Positions 17,233-26,348 of a stretch of 32,000 nucleotides of DNA are shown in pieces. Source of the DNA: an uncultured bacterium (lineage in GTDB: Bacteria; GCA-001730085); NCBI GenBank assembly GCA_964565945.1, contig CAZMGY010000036.1:5405-37404 (forward strand), in the 5' to 3' direction. The notes below the pieces were generated by a model. That model worked only from the letters and a program-made list of their open reading frames with translations. It was not told the origin of the DNA and searched no databases. How positions within the stretch are numbered: position 1 is the stretch's first letter; the number at the start of each line of letters is the position of its first letter. Both the position numbers and the translations under genes were made by a program.

Positions 17233-18186
17233 ATGAATATTCTTGTCACGGGTGGTGCTGGTTTTATAGCATCTCAAGTGGTTGACCGCTACATCGCCGA
17301 GAAACACTGCGTCACAATCTTAGATAATCTTGTGACTGGATTCAAACAAAACATACATCCCGAAGCACGCTTTATCGAAAAAGATTTGTGCGATCCCTCG
17401 CTTCGCGAAAACTTCAAAGAGTTACAATTTGATTTGGTCAACCACCATGCCGCCCAGATTGATGTGCGCGCATCGCTGCTTAATCCCATGTACGATGCCA
17501 ATGTAAATATCAAAGGGACCTTACAACTGTTGGAACATATGCGCGCAACAGGGGTATCAAAAATTATCTATGCCTCAACTGGAGGAGCCATTTACGGAGA
17601 TCCCATCGAACTCCCCTTAACCGAACAATCCATAGCCCGTCCTTTGTGCCCTTACGCCGTGAGCAAATTCACTGGCGAACAATACATCCAGCTCTATCAG
17701 CGTCTCTATGATTTTCAGTACACAATTTTGCGTTACCCTAATATCTATGGACCACGCCAAAACCCAGAGGGTGAAGCTGGCGTCAATGCCATTTTTATTG
17801 GCATAATGATGAAAGGCGAAACTCCGACCATCTACGGCGATGGTGAACAGTTGCGTGACTACATCTTTGTCTCCGATATCGTCGAAGTCAACACCTTAGC
17901 TTTGGATCGCATGGAGAACCAAATTTTCAATATCGCCACTGGTCTAGGAAGCTCGGTGAATGCCATTTATGAGATTTTGCAAAACGAAATCCCCTACACA
18001 TCCGAGGCCTATTACGTCGAAAAAAGATTAGGAGAAATCGAGAAAACCTTTATGAGTCCTGCTAAAATCAAAGAACATTGGGGATGGGAACCTCAATACA
18101 CCTTGGAACAGGGACTCAAAAAAATGGTCGCCTGGTTTCGTGACGAAGGTTTTGAACGTTTTTTTAGTAAAAAGGGCACAGCATGA
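17233..18186 (+). CDS. NAD-dependent sugar-nucleotide epimerase (GalE-like SDR)
   Basis: The start MNILVTGGAGFIASQ is a Rossmann GxxGxxG motif. It has the STGGAIYGD and YAVSKFTGE (YxxxK) catalytic blocks. The internal ATG 17233 has an SD, and the track's TTG at 17152 lies upstream of the predicted promoter. Confidence 0.85.
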   Translation: MNILVTGGAGFIASQVVDRYIAEKHCVTILDNLVTGFKQNIHPEARFIEKDLCDPSLRENFKELQFDLVNHHAAQIDVRASLLNPMYDANVNIKGTLQLLEHMRATGVSKIIYASTGGAIYGDPIELPLTEQSIARPLCPYAVSKFTGEQYIQLYQRLYDFQYTILRYPNIYGPRQNPEGEAGVNAIFIGIMMKGETPTIYGDGEQLRDYIFVSDIVEVNTLALDRMENQIFNIATGLGSSVNAIYEILQNEIPYTSEAYYVEKRLGEIEKTFMSPAKIKEHWGWEPQYTLEQGLKKMVAWFRDEGFERFFSKKGTA

Positions 18187-18701
18187 AAATCATCGAAACA
18201 GATTTCGAAGGGTTGATCATTGTTGATTATACGGTTCATGGTGACGAGCGTGGTTTTTTCATGGAGCTCCATAACCAAAAGTCTTTCCAAGATCAAGGAC
18301 TCGATCTTAGTTTTAAACAAGATAACTTAAGTCGCTCAAGCTACGGAACGTTACGAGGCATGCATTTTCAAGAAAAGCCTTATGCCCAAGGCAAATTGGT
18401 AACCGTTCTGCAAGGCGAAGTTTTTGACGCTGTCATTGATTTTCGCCAAGATCAGCCCACTTATGGGCAATGGTTTGGTATCACTTTAAACGACCAAAAA
18501 CGCCAAGCACTCTACGTTCCCGAAGGATTTGCTCATGGCTTTTGTGTCTTGAGCGAAACGGCTGATTTCTTTTACAAATGCACCCAAGTCTATCATCCCG
18601 AAGCCCAAAAAACGATTCTGTGGAATGATCCTCAAGTTGGCATTGAATGGCCGATTGAACCCAATCTCGGAAAAATTTCCGAAAAAGATAAAGCAGTGTA
18701 A
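18183..18701 (+). CDS. rfbC: dTDP-4-dehydrorhamnose 3,5-epimerase
   Basis: 172 aa with the DERGFFMEL, LRGMHFQ and LYVPEGFAHGF cupin blocks of RmlC. ATGA overlap with the epimerase stop. Confidence 0.88.
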   Translation: MKIIETDFEGLIIVDYTVHGDERGFFMELHNQKSFQDQGLDLSFKQDNLSRSSYGTLRGMHFQEKPYAQGKLVTVLQGEVFDAVIDFRQDQPTYGQWFGITLNDQKRQALYVPEGFAHGFCVLSETADFFYKCTQVYHPEAQKTILWNDPQVGIEWPIEPNLGKISEKDKAV

Positions 18702-18745
18702 CCCTTTGGTGACACTATCGAGCATAAATGATAGAGTAGATAGCT

Positions 18746-19627
18746 ATGGTAACTACGTTCCAAGATATTATTTTAAAACTGCACCATTATTGGATCGAAA
18801 AGGGCTGTGTCCTTTGGCAAGCCTATGACCAAGAGACTGGTGCTGGAACATTTAATCCTGCAACCTTCTTTGGTGTGCTAGGCCCCAACAAACATAGGGT
18901 CTGTTACGTAGAACCCTCACGTCGTCCCACTGATGGGCGCTATGGCGAAAATCCTAACCGCTTGTATCAACATCATCAATACCAAGTAATTTTGAAACCC
19001 GCCCCCAAAAACAGCCAAGACCTTTATTTGGATAGCTTGCGGGCCATTGGCATTGTGCCCGAAGACCACGATATCCGCTTTATCGAAGATGATTGGGAGT
19101 CACCCACCTTAGGTGCAACAGGTTTAGGCTGGGAGGTTTGGCTGGATGGCATGGAAATCACTCAGTTCACTTATTTCCAACAAGTGGGTGGCTTCGAGCT
19201 TGATCCCATTTCGGTGGAATTAACTTATGGACTCGAACGCATCGCCATGTACCTGCAAGGCAAAGACAACCTCTACGATTTGGTATGGGTCAATGAACCT
19301 AATCATAAAGTTTTGTACAAAGATTTGTTTCAAAAAGCTGAATATGAATTTTCGAAATATAGTTTTGAAAATGCGAACGTCGACCGCCATTTTGTGCTTT
19401 TCGACACGTATGAACAAGAATGCCTTGAAAGTCTCGAGAAAAACCTTGTGCGTCCCGCTTACGATATGGTCCTGAAAACATCACATGCCTTTAACGTGCT
19501 TGATGCACGCAATGCTATTAGCGTAACTGAGCGCGTTGGTTATATTGGGCGTGTAAGAACAATGGCTCGAGGTTGTGCAGAATTACATATGGAGTTGTAT
19601 CATGGTTACCAACCGTCTACTGATTGA
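18746..19627 (+). CDS. glyQ: glycine--tRNA ligase alpha subunit
   Basis: 293 aa with [12 protein letters not shown] and [27 protein letters not shown]. Confidence 0.95.
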   Translation: MVTTFQDIILKLHHYWIEKGCVLWQAYDQETGAGTFNPATFFGVLGPNKHRVCYVEPSRRPTDGRYGENPNRLYQHHQYQVILKPAPKNSQDLYLDSLRAIGIVPEDHDIRFIEDDWESPTLGATGLGWEVWLDGMEITQFTYFQQVGGFELDPISVELTYGLERIAMYLQGKDNLYDLVWVNEPNHKVLYKDLFQKAEYEFSKYSFENANVDRHFVLFDTYEQECLESLEKNLVRPAYDMVLKTSHAFNVLDARNAISVTERVGYIGRVRTMARGCAELHMELYHGYQPSTD

Positions 19628-21674
19628 GCTCGGAGTCGAAGAACTTCCCGTATCCTATATTAAACCTGCGTTGCGAGGCTTCGCGACTTCTCTTAAGAAT
19701 TGTCTTAAAGAAGAACGTCTATTAGACGATGAACCCATCATTTCAACCATGGCAACACCTCGACGACTTACGGTTTTTATAGAAGGATTCGCCTCCAAAC
19801 AAACAGCCGAAACCAAGGATATTTTTGGACCACCTCTGAAAGCTGCCAAAAATAAAGACGGCAACTGGAGCAAAGCCTCCTTGGGATTCGCAAAAAAAAA
19901 CAATGTCGCCGTTGAATCCATCACAACACAAACTGATGCCAAAGGGATTGAAAAACTTTACATTCAGCAAACACTTCCAGAGCATACTGCCACAGAAGTT
20001 CTCGCTCAACATTTGCCACAACTGATTCAAGCAATCAAAACACCCAAGACCATGCGTTTTGTTCCGTTTAAACCCTTACGCTTTGCCAGACCACTTTGTT
20101 GGATTGTGGCCTTGCTCAATGAGGAAATCATTCCCTTTGAGATGGATGGCCTGCGATCGGATAGAGTCACTTATGGTCATCGCTTTGCCGTACACAACGA
20201 AGCCCTCGAATTGGCAACCGCTGACATCGTCACCTACGAAAACAAGTTAAGCCAATTGCGCGTTATGGCCGATCCCAATAAACGTCGCAAAGTGATTGAA
20301 GTTCTGTTAAAAGACGAAGCTCAAAAAATATGCACTAATCCAAACTGGGAACAGCTTTTAGACCAAGATCTTTTGGAAATCGTAACCTATTGCGTAGAGT
20401 GGCCCGATATTGTGATGGGGGAGTTTAACGCCGAATTTTTGAAAATCCCTCACATCGTGCCCATTACCTCAATGAAACACCATCAAAAGTATTTTCCTGT
20501 GATCGATGAGAAACGTGGTCTGTTGCCTTTCTTTTTAAGCATCACCAATGGGGTGGGTAACAAAGAAGCTATTGCCACTGGAAACGAGCGGGTGATTTCA
20601 GCTCGCTTGGCCGATGCTGTTTTCTTTTGGAAAGAAGACACCAAAGTTGCTTTATCAAAACGTTATAACGATCTCAAAGCAATGATGTACCAAAAAGACA
20701 TTGGATCGTACTGGGACAAAACCGAATCGACACGTGCTTTAGCACAATCTCTTTGCCAAAATGCGCGCTTAGATCCGCAAAGGGCTGAGTTTGTCGACCG
20801 AGCCATCATGTTGTCCAAAATTGATCTCATTACCCAGATGGTCTATGAATTCCCTGAGCTTCAGGGTGAAATGGGGGGTGAATACGCCCAATTAAGCCAA
20901 GAAGAGCCTCAGGTTATTAATGCTTTACAACAGCAATACAGCCTCGAAGCGGTGGAAGAAGATGTGGCCAATATGCTCATCGCAGCAGATCGCCTTGATA
21001 CCTTGCAGCAAGCGTTTCGGATCGGCACCAAAGTGTCGGGATCATCGGATCCTTATGGTCTGCGCCGTGCAGCCTTAACCCTTATTCAAGTGCTCCACCA
21101 TACCAAATGGTTTCTCCCTATTGAGGGGGAAAATTTAGTTCCTTTTGTGATGGAACGTCTTAAGGGCTATGCTCAAGATCAACTCAACATCCGTTACGAT
21201 GTGGTCGAAGCGGTGCTCAAAACCGTCGGAAACGAAATCAATGTAGCCGATGTTCTCAAGCGAATGAAAACCATCCAAGAGGCCATTGACTCCAATATCT
21301 CTTTTGGAGATCTTTTACTGCTTTGTGGTCGCATTGTGAATATTCTTAAACAAGCCAATGACAAACATGGCTGGAACGGACAAGTTACTTTCAATGCCAA
21401 TCTTAGCAAACAAGTGGTCGAAACAGCCGTTGATCAAGCCTTTCAAAACATATCCACCGAAGAGATCATATACAAGGATCTCTTCGAAGGATTAACCCAA
21501 CTCAAGACACCTTTGGATGATTTTTTTGAACAGGTAATGGTGCTCTGTGACGACGAAAAGCAACGTAACAACCATTTGGCTCTTCTGCAACAGATTGCTA
21601 ACATTGTTCAACCGATTGCCGATTTTTCAATGATCACCAAAAACAACTCTAGCAAAGTCTGCTCTGTTAACTGA
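19602..21674 (+). CDS. glyS: glycine--tRNA ligase beta subunit
   Basis: 690 aa from the internal ATG at 19602 ([16 protein letters not shown], the typical GlyS N-terminus). It overlaps the glyQ 3' end by 26 nt. Confidence 0.93.
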   Translation: MVTNRLLIELGVEELPVSYIKPALRGFATSLKNCLKEERLLDDEPIISTMATPRRLTVFIEGFASKQTAETKDIFGPPLKAAKNKDGNWSKASLGFAKKNNVAVESITTQTDAKGIEKLYIQQTLPEHTATEVLAQHLPQLIQAIKTPKTMRFVPFKPLRFARPLCWIVALLNEEIIPFEMDGLRSDRVTYGHRFAVHNEALELATADIVTYENKLSQLRVMADPNKRRKVIEVLLKDEAQKICTNPNWEQLLDQDLLEIVTYCVEWPDIVMGEFNAEFLKIPHIVPITSMKHHQKYFPVIDEKRGLLPFFLSITNGVGNKEAIATGNERVISARLADAVFFWKEDTKVALSKRYNDLKAMMYQKDIGSYWDKTESTRALAQSLCQNARLDPQRAEFVDRAIMLSKIDLITQMVYEFPELQGEMGGEYAQLSQEEPQVINALQQQYSLEAVEEDVANMLIAADRLDTLQQAFRIGTKVSGSSDPYGLRRAALTLIQVLHHTKWFLPIEGENLVPFVMERLKGYAQDQLNIRYDVVEAVLKTVGNEINVADVLKRMKTIQEAIDSNISFGDLLLLCGRIVNILKQANDKHGWNGQVTFNANLSKQVVETAVDQAFQNISTEEIIYKDLFEGLTQLKTPLDDFFEQVMVLCDDEKQRNNHLALLQQIANIVQPIADFSMITKNNSSKVCSVN

Positions 21675-21761
21675 TTTTCAATTTAACGAATCAGGGCATC
21701 GTAACTAACTTTTGTTTTAATGACAAACCAGGGTCAAGCAAGACTCCTAGCGAAACAACAA

Positions 21762-21790
21762 TTGCCTAAATCTAAAGGAAGTGATAAAAT
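21762..21790 (+). promoter_or_regulatory. candidate promoter for the PilZ gene string
   Basis: TTGCCT (21762-21767), 17-nt spacer, TAAAAT (21785-21790), about 40 nt upstream of ATG 21829 (SD TAGGAG). Confidence 0.3.
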
Positions 21791-21828
21791 TAACTGTGAA
21801 TTTTTAATATTTTTTAGGAGCATAAGCT

Positions 21829-22242
21829 ATGATTTGGCAAGGGTTTAGCAATCGAAAATTTCCACGTATCGATTCGGATATTGCCATAATCATGATCCAA
21901 GAATCAAGCAACACCACACTTTCGGCCCAGATCAAAAATATTGGCGTTGGGGGACTATGTGTTGTGATTTCCAAGCAAGTTAAAATTTACGATACCGTCG
22001 AAGTTTCATTCCAATTACCCATTTTAGAAAAATCTATCACCTGCAAAGCACAAGTGGTCTGGACAGTTAAAACATTTGTCGAAGAAGAGCCTGTATACGA
22101 CGTCGGCTTGCAGTTTATTTGCATAAAAAAACAAGATAAGGACCATTGCAATCGCTTTGTCGAAAGCTTGAGTTCAGCTGAGCAATACAACAATTTTCCA
22201 CCATCTGACGAAAATGATTCAAAAGAGGAACAACTGGCATGA
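21829..22242 (+). CDS. PilZ-domain-like protein
   Basis: N-terminal RKFPR (RxxxR), followed 22 residues later by NIGVGG. That is the D/NxSxxG position with Gly in place of Ser. The rest has a beta-barrel-like pattern (…CKAQVVWTV…YDVGLQFI…) and an acidic C-terminal tail. Confidence 0.6.
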   Translation: MIWQGFSNRKFPRIDSDIAIIMIQESSNTTLSAQIKNIGVGGLCVVISKQVKIYDTVEVSFQLPILEKSITCKAQVVWTVKTFVEEEPVYDVGLQFICIKKQDKDHCNRFVESLSSAEQYNNFPPSDENDSKEEQLA

Positions 22243-22559
22243 TTAGCATAGACGATTTTAAAAACATCGAGCTCCGCGTAGGCACGATTTTAGAAGCCAA
22301 AGAACACCCTAATGCCGATCGCCTCTACTTGCTCAAAATCGATCTCGGCCAAGAAGAGCGTCAGATCGTGGCTGGCATTCGTGACAGCTATAACCCCGAA
22401 GAACTCAAAGGACGCCAGATGGTTTTGCTGGCTAATCTACAGCCAGCTAAAATTCGTGGCATCGAAAGCCATGGCATGCTGCTGGCAGGTCGCAGCGAAG
22501 ATCAAGTGATTCTCTTAAGCCTGGCAGAGCACATCCCTAATGGAACACCTCTTAGTTAG
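22239..22559 (+). CDS. stand-alone tRNA-binding domain protein (CsaA / MetRS C-terminal-like OB fold)
   Basis: 106 aa: DDFKNIELRVGTILEAKEHPNADRLYLLKIDLG…RQIVAGIRDSY.PEELKGRQMVLLANLQPAKIRGIESHGMLLA follows the tRNA_bind domain pattern. ATGA overlap with the PilZ gene. Confidence 0.75.
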   Translation: MISIDDFKNIELRVGTILEAKEHPNADRLYLLKIDLGQEERQIVAGIRDSYNPEELKGRQMVLLANLQPAKIRGIESHGMLLAGRSEDQVILLSLAEHIPNGTPLS

Positions 22560-22569
22560 GGGATGCGGT

Positions 22570-23289
22570 ATGAAATATCGGATTAATAAATTTTTAGCCA
22601 CAGCTGGCATCGCCTCACGTCGACAAGCCGAAAAGCTCATTCAAGTGGGGAGAGTCTCGGTCAATGGAAAGGTTGTCATCAATTTAGCCACCACCGTGGA
22701 TAGCGAGAACGACGTGGTCTGTTTCGATGCCGAGGAAGTCACGCTTAAAAAAGATAAAGTCTACGTAGTTGTTAACAAACCCGTCGGCTATATTTGTTCC
22801 CACAACGATCCGCAAGGTCGTCCTCAGGCCAACCAACTGCTGCCCGACAAAGAAGAACAGCGCTTATTTAGCATTGGTCGCCTCGATATTGACACCGAAG
22901 GATTGCTCTGCTTCACTAATGATGGGTCCCTAGCTCATCGTACGGCTCACCCTAAATATGTTCTCGATAAAGAATATCTTGTACTCTTGAATAAACCGCT
23001 TAAACAAGACCATCAAATTCAAATCAAGCAGGCTTCGTACATGCTAAACGACGGTCCAGCCCCTAAGGCCCGACTGCTTCAAAGAGATTGCGCCAGTTTA
23101 TTGTGGAGTCTTACCATCACCGAAGGACGCAACCGCATCATTAGGCGCATGTTTGAGGCGCTCGACTACAAAATCATGTCACTTAAAAGAATCACCATTG
23201 GCCCCATCAAGCTGGCTGAGCTTCCGCTGGGCAAATACCGCTACTTAAACGAAGGAGAAATCAAGGCTTTACGAAAACGTCTACTTTAA
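22570..23289 (+). CDS. RsuA/RluB-family rRNA pseudouridine synthase with an N-terminal S4 domain
   Basis: The ATG at 22570 is preceded by SD AGGGGA. S4 motif INKFLATAGIASRRQAEKLIQVGRVSVNG and catalytic-Asp block GRLDIDTEGLL. Confidence 0.85.
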   Translation: MKYRINKFLATAGIASRRQAEKLIQVGRVSVNGKVVINLATTVDSENDVVCFDAEEVTLKKDKVYVVVNKPVGYICSHNDPQGRPQANQLLPDKEEQRLFSIGRLDIDTEGLLCFTNDGSLAHRTAHPKYVLDKEYLVLLNKPLKQDHQIQIKQASYMLNDGPAPKARLLQRDCASLLWSLTITEGRNRIIRRMFEALDYKIMSLKRITIGPIKLAELPLGKYRYLNEGEIKALRKRLL

Positions 23290-23314
23290 AAACGAGGGGA
23301 GTATACTTAAAACC

Positions 23315-24082
23315 ATGCGAAAAATTTTTCTTTTCATATTTGTGCTCGATATCCTACTAATTGCCGTTCTCTTTTTTAGCTCAATCACCTTATCGGGAAC
23401 CTTTTGCCAACCTTGGCTCGATAAACTGACTCATAAAAACAACCTAATCATCAGATTTGATTCCGTCTCGTTCAACTTACGCAAATCTCATTTTAAAAAC
23501 CTTTCTCTAGCCATCGGAGATTTTGAGCTTTTTCGAAGCGAAACATTGCATACCCACTACAAATACAGTCAAATCTTTAGCGGGAACTGGGCCAATTTTT
23601 GGATTCAAGCCAATCAACTGACCTTATCACCACCACCAAAGGCGCTCATGGACATCGATACCATCAATGTCGATCAGCTCACGTTTAAAATCAAAGGTGG
23701 CTTAGGCTTAAGTCGATCCTCCTTCACAGGAGAAGGGGAGATTGACCTCGTCAACACAGATGCCCAAAGCGACACCCTGTTTGTCAAAAAATTGGGTCAG
23801 TTTTTACGCCTAACATCTTTTGAAATCCTGCATGTCGAAAAAATTACTTTGAAATTCAAACACGACGGAGTAAAATTAACCTTCCCCGAAGTTACTGGGA
23901 GTTCGGATGATTTTACCATTCAAGGACACGCCTCGTACGACTGGGGTAAAGATTTAAATAGTAGTTTTAAGCTGGTTTATGAGTCATATATACCTGGTAA
24001 AGACATCAAGGAAGGTTCGAAAAAACTAAGCTTTTCAGTTTACGGCCCCTTAAAAAAACCAGAATACCGTATCACGGGCTAA
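23315..24082 (+). CDS. membrane-anchored hypothetical protein (beta-rich, faintly AsmA-like C-terminus)
   Basis: 255 aa with a single N-terminal hydrophobic helix (IFLFIFVLDILLIAVLFF). The remainder is beta-strand-like and ends …SFSVYGPLKKPEYRITG. I recognise no confident family. Confidence 0.55.
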   Translation: MRKIFLFIFVLDILLIAVLFFSSITLSGTFCQPWLDKLTHKNNLIIRFDSVSFNLRKSHFKNLSLAIGDFELFRSETLHTHYKYSQIFSGNWANFWIQANQLTLSPPPKALMDIDTINVDQLTFKIKGGLGLSRSSFTGEGEIDLVNTDAQSDTLFVKKLGQFLRLTSFEILHVEKITLKFKHDGVKLTFPEVTGSSDDFTIQGHASYDWGKDLNSSFKLVYESYIPGKDIKEGSKKLSFSVYGPLKKPEYRITG

Positions 24083-24113
24083 CATAAATCAAATTGGGGT
24101 TTTGAGGGATTTT

Positions 24114-24806
24114 ATGGCCGATACACAACTTGATCTACAATCGGAATTGTTTGAAGATTTTAAAGAGCATCACCAACGGAATCAAACACGTTCCAAGGAG
24201 TCTTCCAATAGTGTTTTTAACTTGGCTTTGCTTAAAAAAACCAAAGTAACTATTCCCTTTGACACATTACTAATCATCGCCCTGATGTTCATCTTTGTCA
24301 TTATGACCTTCTATTTTTTAGGGGTTCAGCGCGGTAAAAATATTCAAGGCCAAACGATTGTGACCATCGAAAAAAACCCTGGATCAACGAAAAGAATAAC
24401 CGTTGTGTCGCAGCAAAGAAAACTGCTTCAGCTCCCTCAAGTGGTCGAGCCCAAAGCCAAAGTCAAACCTGAGCTAAGCACAGCCAAAATTAATCTGGCT
24501 CCTGTTAACAATTTACCAACCCCTGTCCTTCCTCAAGTCCCAACCAAAAAAGGGGTACAACCCAAACCCAAAAAATACACCATTCAGGTGGGTGCCTCCC
24601 GTAATCGCGAAGCGGCGAGAAAAGACATTGTCAAATTACAACAGAAGGGTTACGACGCTTTTTTATCACCTTACACTTCGTCCAATGGGAAAAAATGGTA
24701 TAAGCTCTGTGTGGGACGTTTCAAAAAAACGACTGATGCCAAAAGTCTTATCAAAACACTTAAAACAAAAGAAAGGAAACGCGATTGCTTTCTCACAAAT
24801 CTTTAA
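24114..24806 (+). CDS. bitopic SPOR-domain protein
   Basis: Cytoplasmic N-terminus, one TM helix (LLIIALMFIFVIMTFYFLGV), a Pro/Lys-rich linker, and a C-terminal SPOR-like block YTIQVGASRNREAARKDIVKLQQKGYDAFL…WYKLCVGRFKKTTDAKSLIKTLK. I prefer ATG 24114 to the track's TTG 24102. Confidence 0.75.
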   Translation: MADTQLDLQSELFEDFKEHHQRNQTRSKESSNSVFNLALLKKTKVTIPFDTLLIIALMFIFVIMTFYFLGVQRGKNIQGQTIVTIEKNPGSTKRITVVSQQRKLLQLPQVVEPKAKVKPELSTAKINLAPVNNLPTPVLPQVPTKKGVQPKPKKYTIQVGASRNREAARKDIVKLQQKGYDAFLSPYTSSNGKKWYKLCVGRFKKTTDAKSLIKTLKTKERKRDCFLTNL

Positions 24807-25939
24807 TTCTCAGTTTTGTTTCAATCTATTTAGGCGTTATTCCACTGCTACAGGCACAGGAATCGTCAATCCTTTATGTTGGTGAGGTCACTGGATCACA
24901 TGTGAATATCCGCACAGGGCCCCACACCAGTCATCGGATCGTCTATACTGCACCCCAAGGACAAAAACTTTATGCACTCGAAGAAAATAATGACTGGGTT
25001 AAAGTCAAACTCCCCGAAGAAGCCAATGTTTGGATTCATGGCGACTTGGTCAACAAAGTCAGCAACACCCGAGGCATTGTCACCAAAGGAGCGGTCAACC
25101 TGCGTGTACGACCAAGCACTAATACATTTATCATGGGACAAGCCCATAAAGATCAAGAGGTCACCATTCGCGGAGAAAAATTTGGTTGGTATCAAATCCA
25201 AACACCAGACAATTTGAATGCTTGGATAGTCAAAATCTATTTCAAAAAACTCATGAGCCTCAATGAATTTCGTAAGCAACAGCGTACCAGCAAAGTGCAA
25301 TCGATCTATCGTAATATCGAACAAATACACAATGAAGAGCTACTGAAACCTAAAGATCAACGTGATTATTCTTTTCTCTTAGATAAATACAAATACCTGA
25401 TGAATCATTTTCCCGATTTTCCCGAAGCCAAATTGGCCGAATATCGCTATAAAGAAGTTCAAGGCTGGTTGGCCGAAAAGGCTTGGAACAAACTGGAACT
25501 TTCTTGGCAGCAAGCCCTTAAATCATCGCAAGAGACCATTGATATGAAATCCTTTATTTCGCGTTATAAAAAATTCATAAGCCTTTATCCTAAAACAAGT
25601 TACACAGATATAACAAAGGAGCGCTTGCACTTTTTAGAAAAAACAACTACAATTGCTAGATTCGACGGTGTTTCTATGTTGAAACAAGGTCAGACTCGAG
25701 AATCAAACCTAAAAGGGGTTGTTCATGATTTAGGCAAGTTAATTAATCGACCTGCCACACACAAATTGGTTCGTGATGGTGAAATCATATGCCTAATACG
25801 TTCCGAAAAGTTTGATCTCGGTGATTACGTTTACAGAAATGTTGAGCTCAAAGGCTCATTAATCGACGTTAAGGGATGGGATATCCCAATACTGGATGTT
25901 AAAGATATTAAGGTACATTCCTGGAAGGGGAAATTTTAA
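24785..25939 (+). CDS. secreted protein with two SH3b domains plus BamD/CpoB-like helical repeats
   Basis: The TTG start has AAGGAA 7 nt upstream. Signal peptide MLSHKSLILSFVSIYLGVIPLLQA|QE. Two SH3b-like units (VTGSHVNIRTGPHTSHRIV…WVKVKL and KGAVNLRVRPSTNTFIMG…WYQIQ). Then …LMNHFPDFPEAKLAEYRY… and …FISLYPKTSYTDITKERL…, which resemble the YPxSxY-A repeats of YbgF/BamD. Confidence 0.7.
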   Translation: MLSHKSLILSFVSIYLGVIPLLQAQESSILYVGEVTGSHVNIRTGPHTSHRIVYTAPQGQKLYALEENNDWVKVKLPEEANVWIHGDLVNKVSNTRGIVTKGAVNLRVRPSTNTFIMGQAHKDQEVTIRGEKFGWYQIQTPDNLNAWIVKIYFKKLMSLNEFRKQQRTSKVQSIYRNIEQIHNEELLKPKDQRDYSFLLDKYKYLMNHFPDFPEAKLAEYRYKEVQGWLAEKAWNKLELSWQQALKSSQETIDMKSFISRYKKFISLYPKTSYTDITKERLHFLEKTTTIARFDGVSMLKQGQTRESNLKGVVHDLGKLINRPATHKLVRDGEIICLIRSEKFDLGDYVYRNVELKGSLIDVKGWDIPILDVKDIKVHSWKGKF

Positions 25940-25941
25940 TT

Positions 25942-26109
25942 ATGAGTATTCATTCAAGCTTAGCCAAAAAAGGTTTTGGTAAAGGACATCGCAATGTTTT
26001 TAAACGTTTCGAGCGTATTAAAAAACTCATCGAAGAAGAGCGTTGGACCGAAGATAGCGAAGTTCTTGGAATGCCAAAAATTAAATCGATCAAGCTTAAG
26101 AAAAAGTAG
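25942..26109 (+). CDS. 55-aa small basic protein (resembles the 'small basic protein' family; below the ORF-track cutoff)
   Basis: My own translation: MSIHSSLAKKGFGKGHRNVFKRFERIKKLIEEERWTEDSEVLGMPKIKSIKLKKK*. It starts 2 nt after the SH3b gene stop. The HRNV-x-KR-x-ERI … W … G-x-PK pattern matches my memory of that family; this was not verified. Confidence 0.55.
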   Translation: MSIHSSLAKKGFGKGHRNVFKRFERIKKLIEEERWTEDSEVLGMPKIKSIKLKKK

Positions 26110-26147
26110 TTTTTCAAGTTAACGGACATTGTTTTAAGGGGTGGGGT

Positions 26148-26348
26148 GTGCATGATTTCCATAAAGAAAAGCTAGTTACATACCTATGGTGTGAACAAGA
26201 ACAGTATTGCAAAAATATTCCCAAGAATATGATTATTGCCTTCACCTTTGAAACTAAAGTTCCGTCCATATCCCAAGCCGATATCGAGCAAATGAAACAA
26301 TTCCTCAAAAATCATAAAATTCCTCGCGATGGCCACATGTTTGAATAA
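26148..26348 (+). CDS. hypothetical 66-aa ORF (GTG start), uncertain
   Basis: It fills the otherwise empty 219-nt gap before dinG. AAGGGG lies upstream of the GTG. It has no recognisable motif and overlaps the dinG start by 20 nt. Confidence 0.25.
   Translation: MHDFHKEKLVTYLWCEQEQYCKNIPKNMIIAFTFETKVPSISQADIEQMKQFLKNHKIPRDGHMFE

Noticed and set aside
12541-21674. 'Glycine-themed' clustering of the gcv operon and glyQS
   Set aside because: The two sets are divergently oriented and separated by unrelated sugar-nucleotide genes, and nothing in the sequence suggests shared regulation. It is probably coincidence.
25950-26162. 70-aa minus-strand ORF from the track
   Set aside because: It is antisense to the better-supported plus-strand small basic protein ORF, which abuts the upstream gene by 2 nt.
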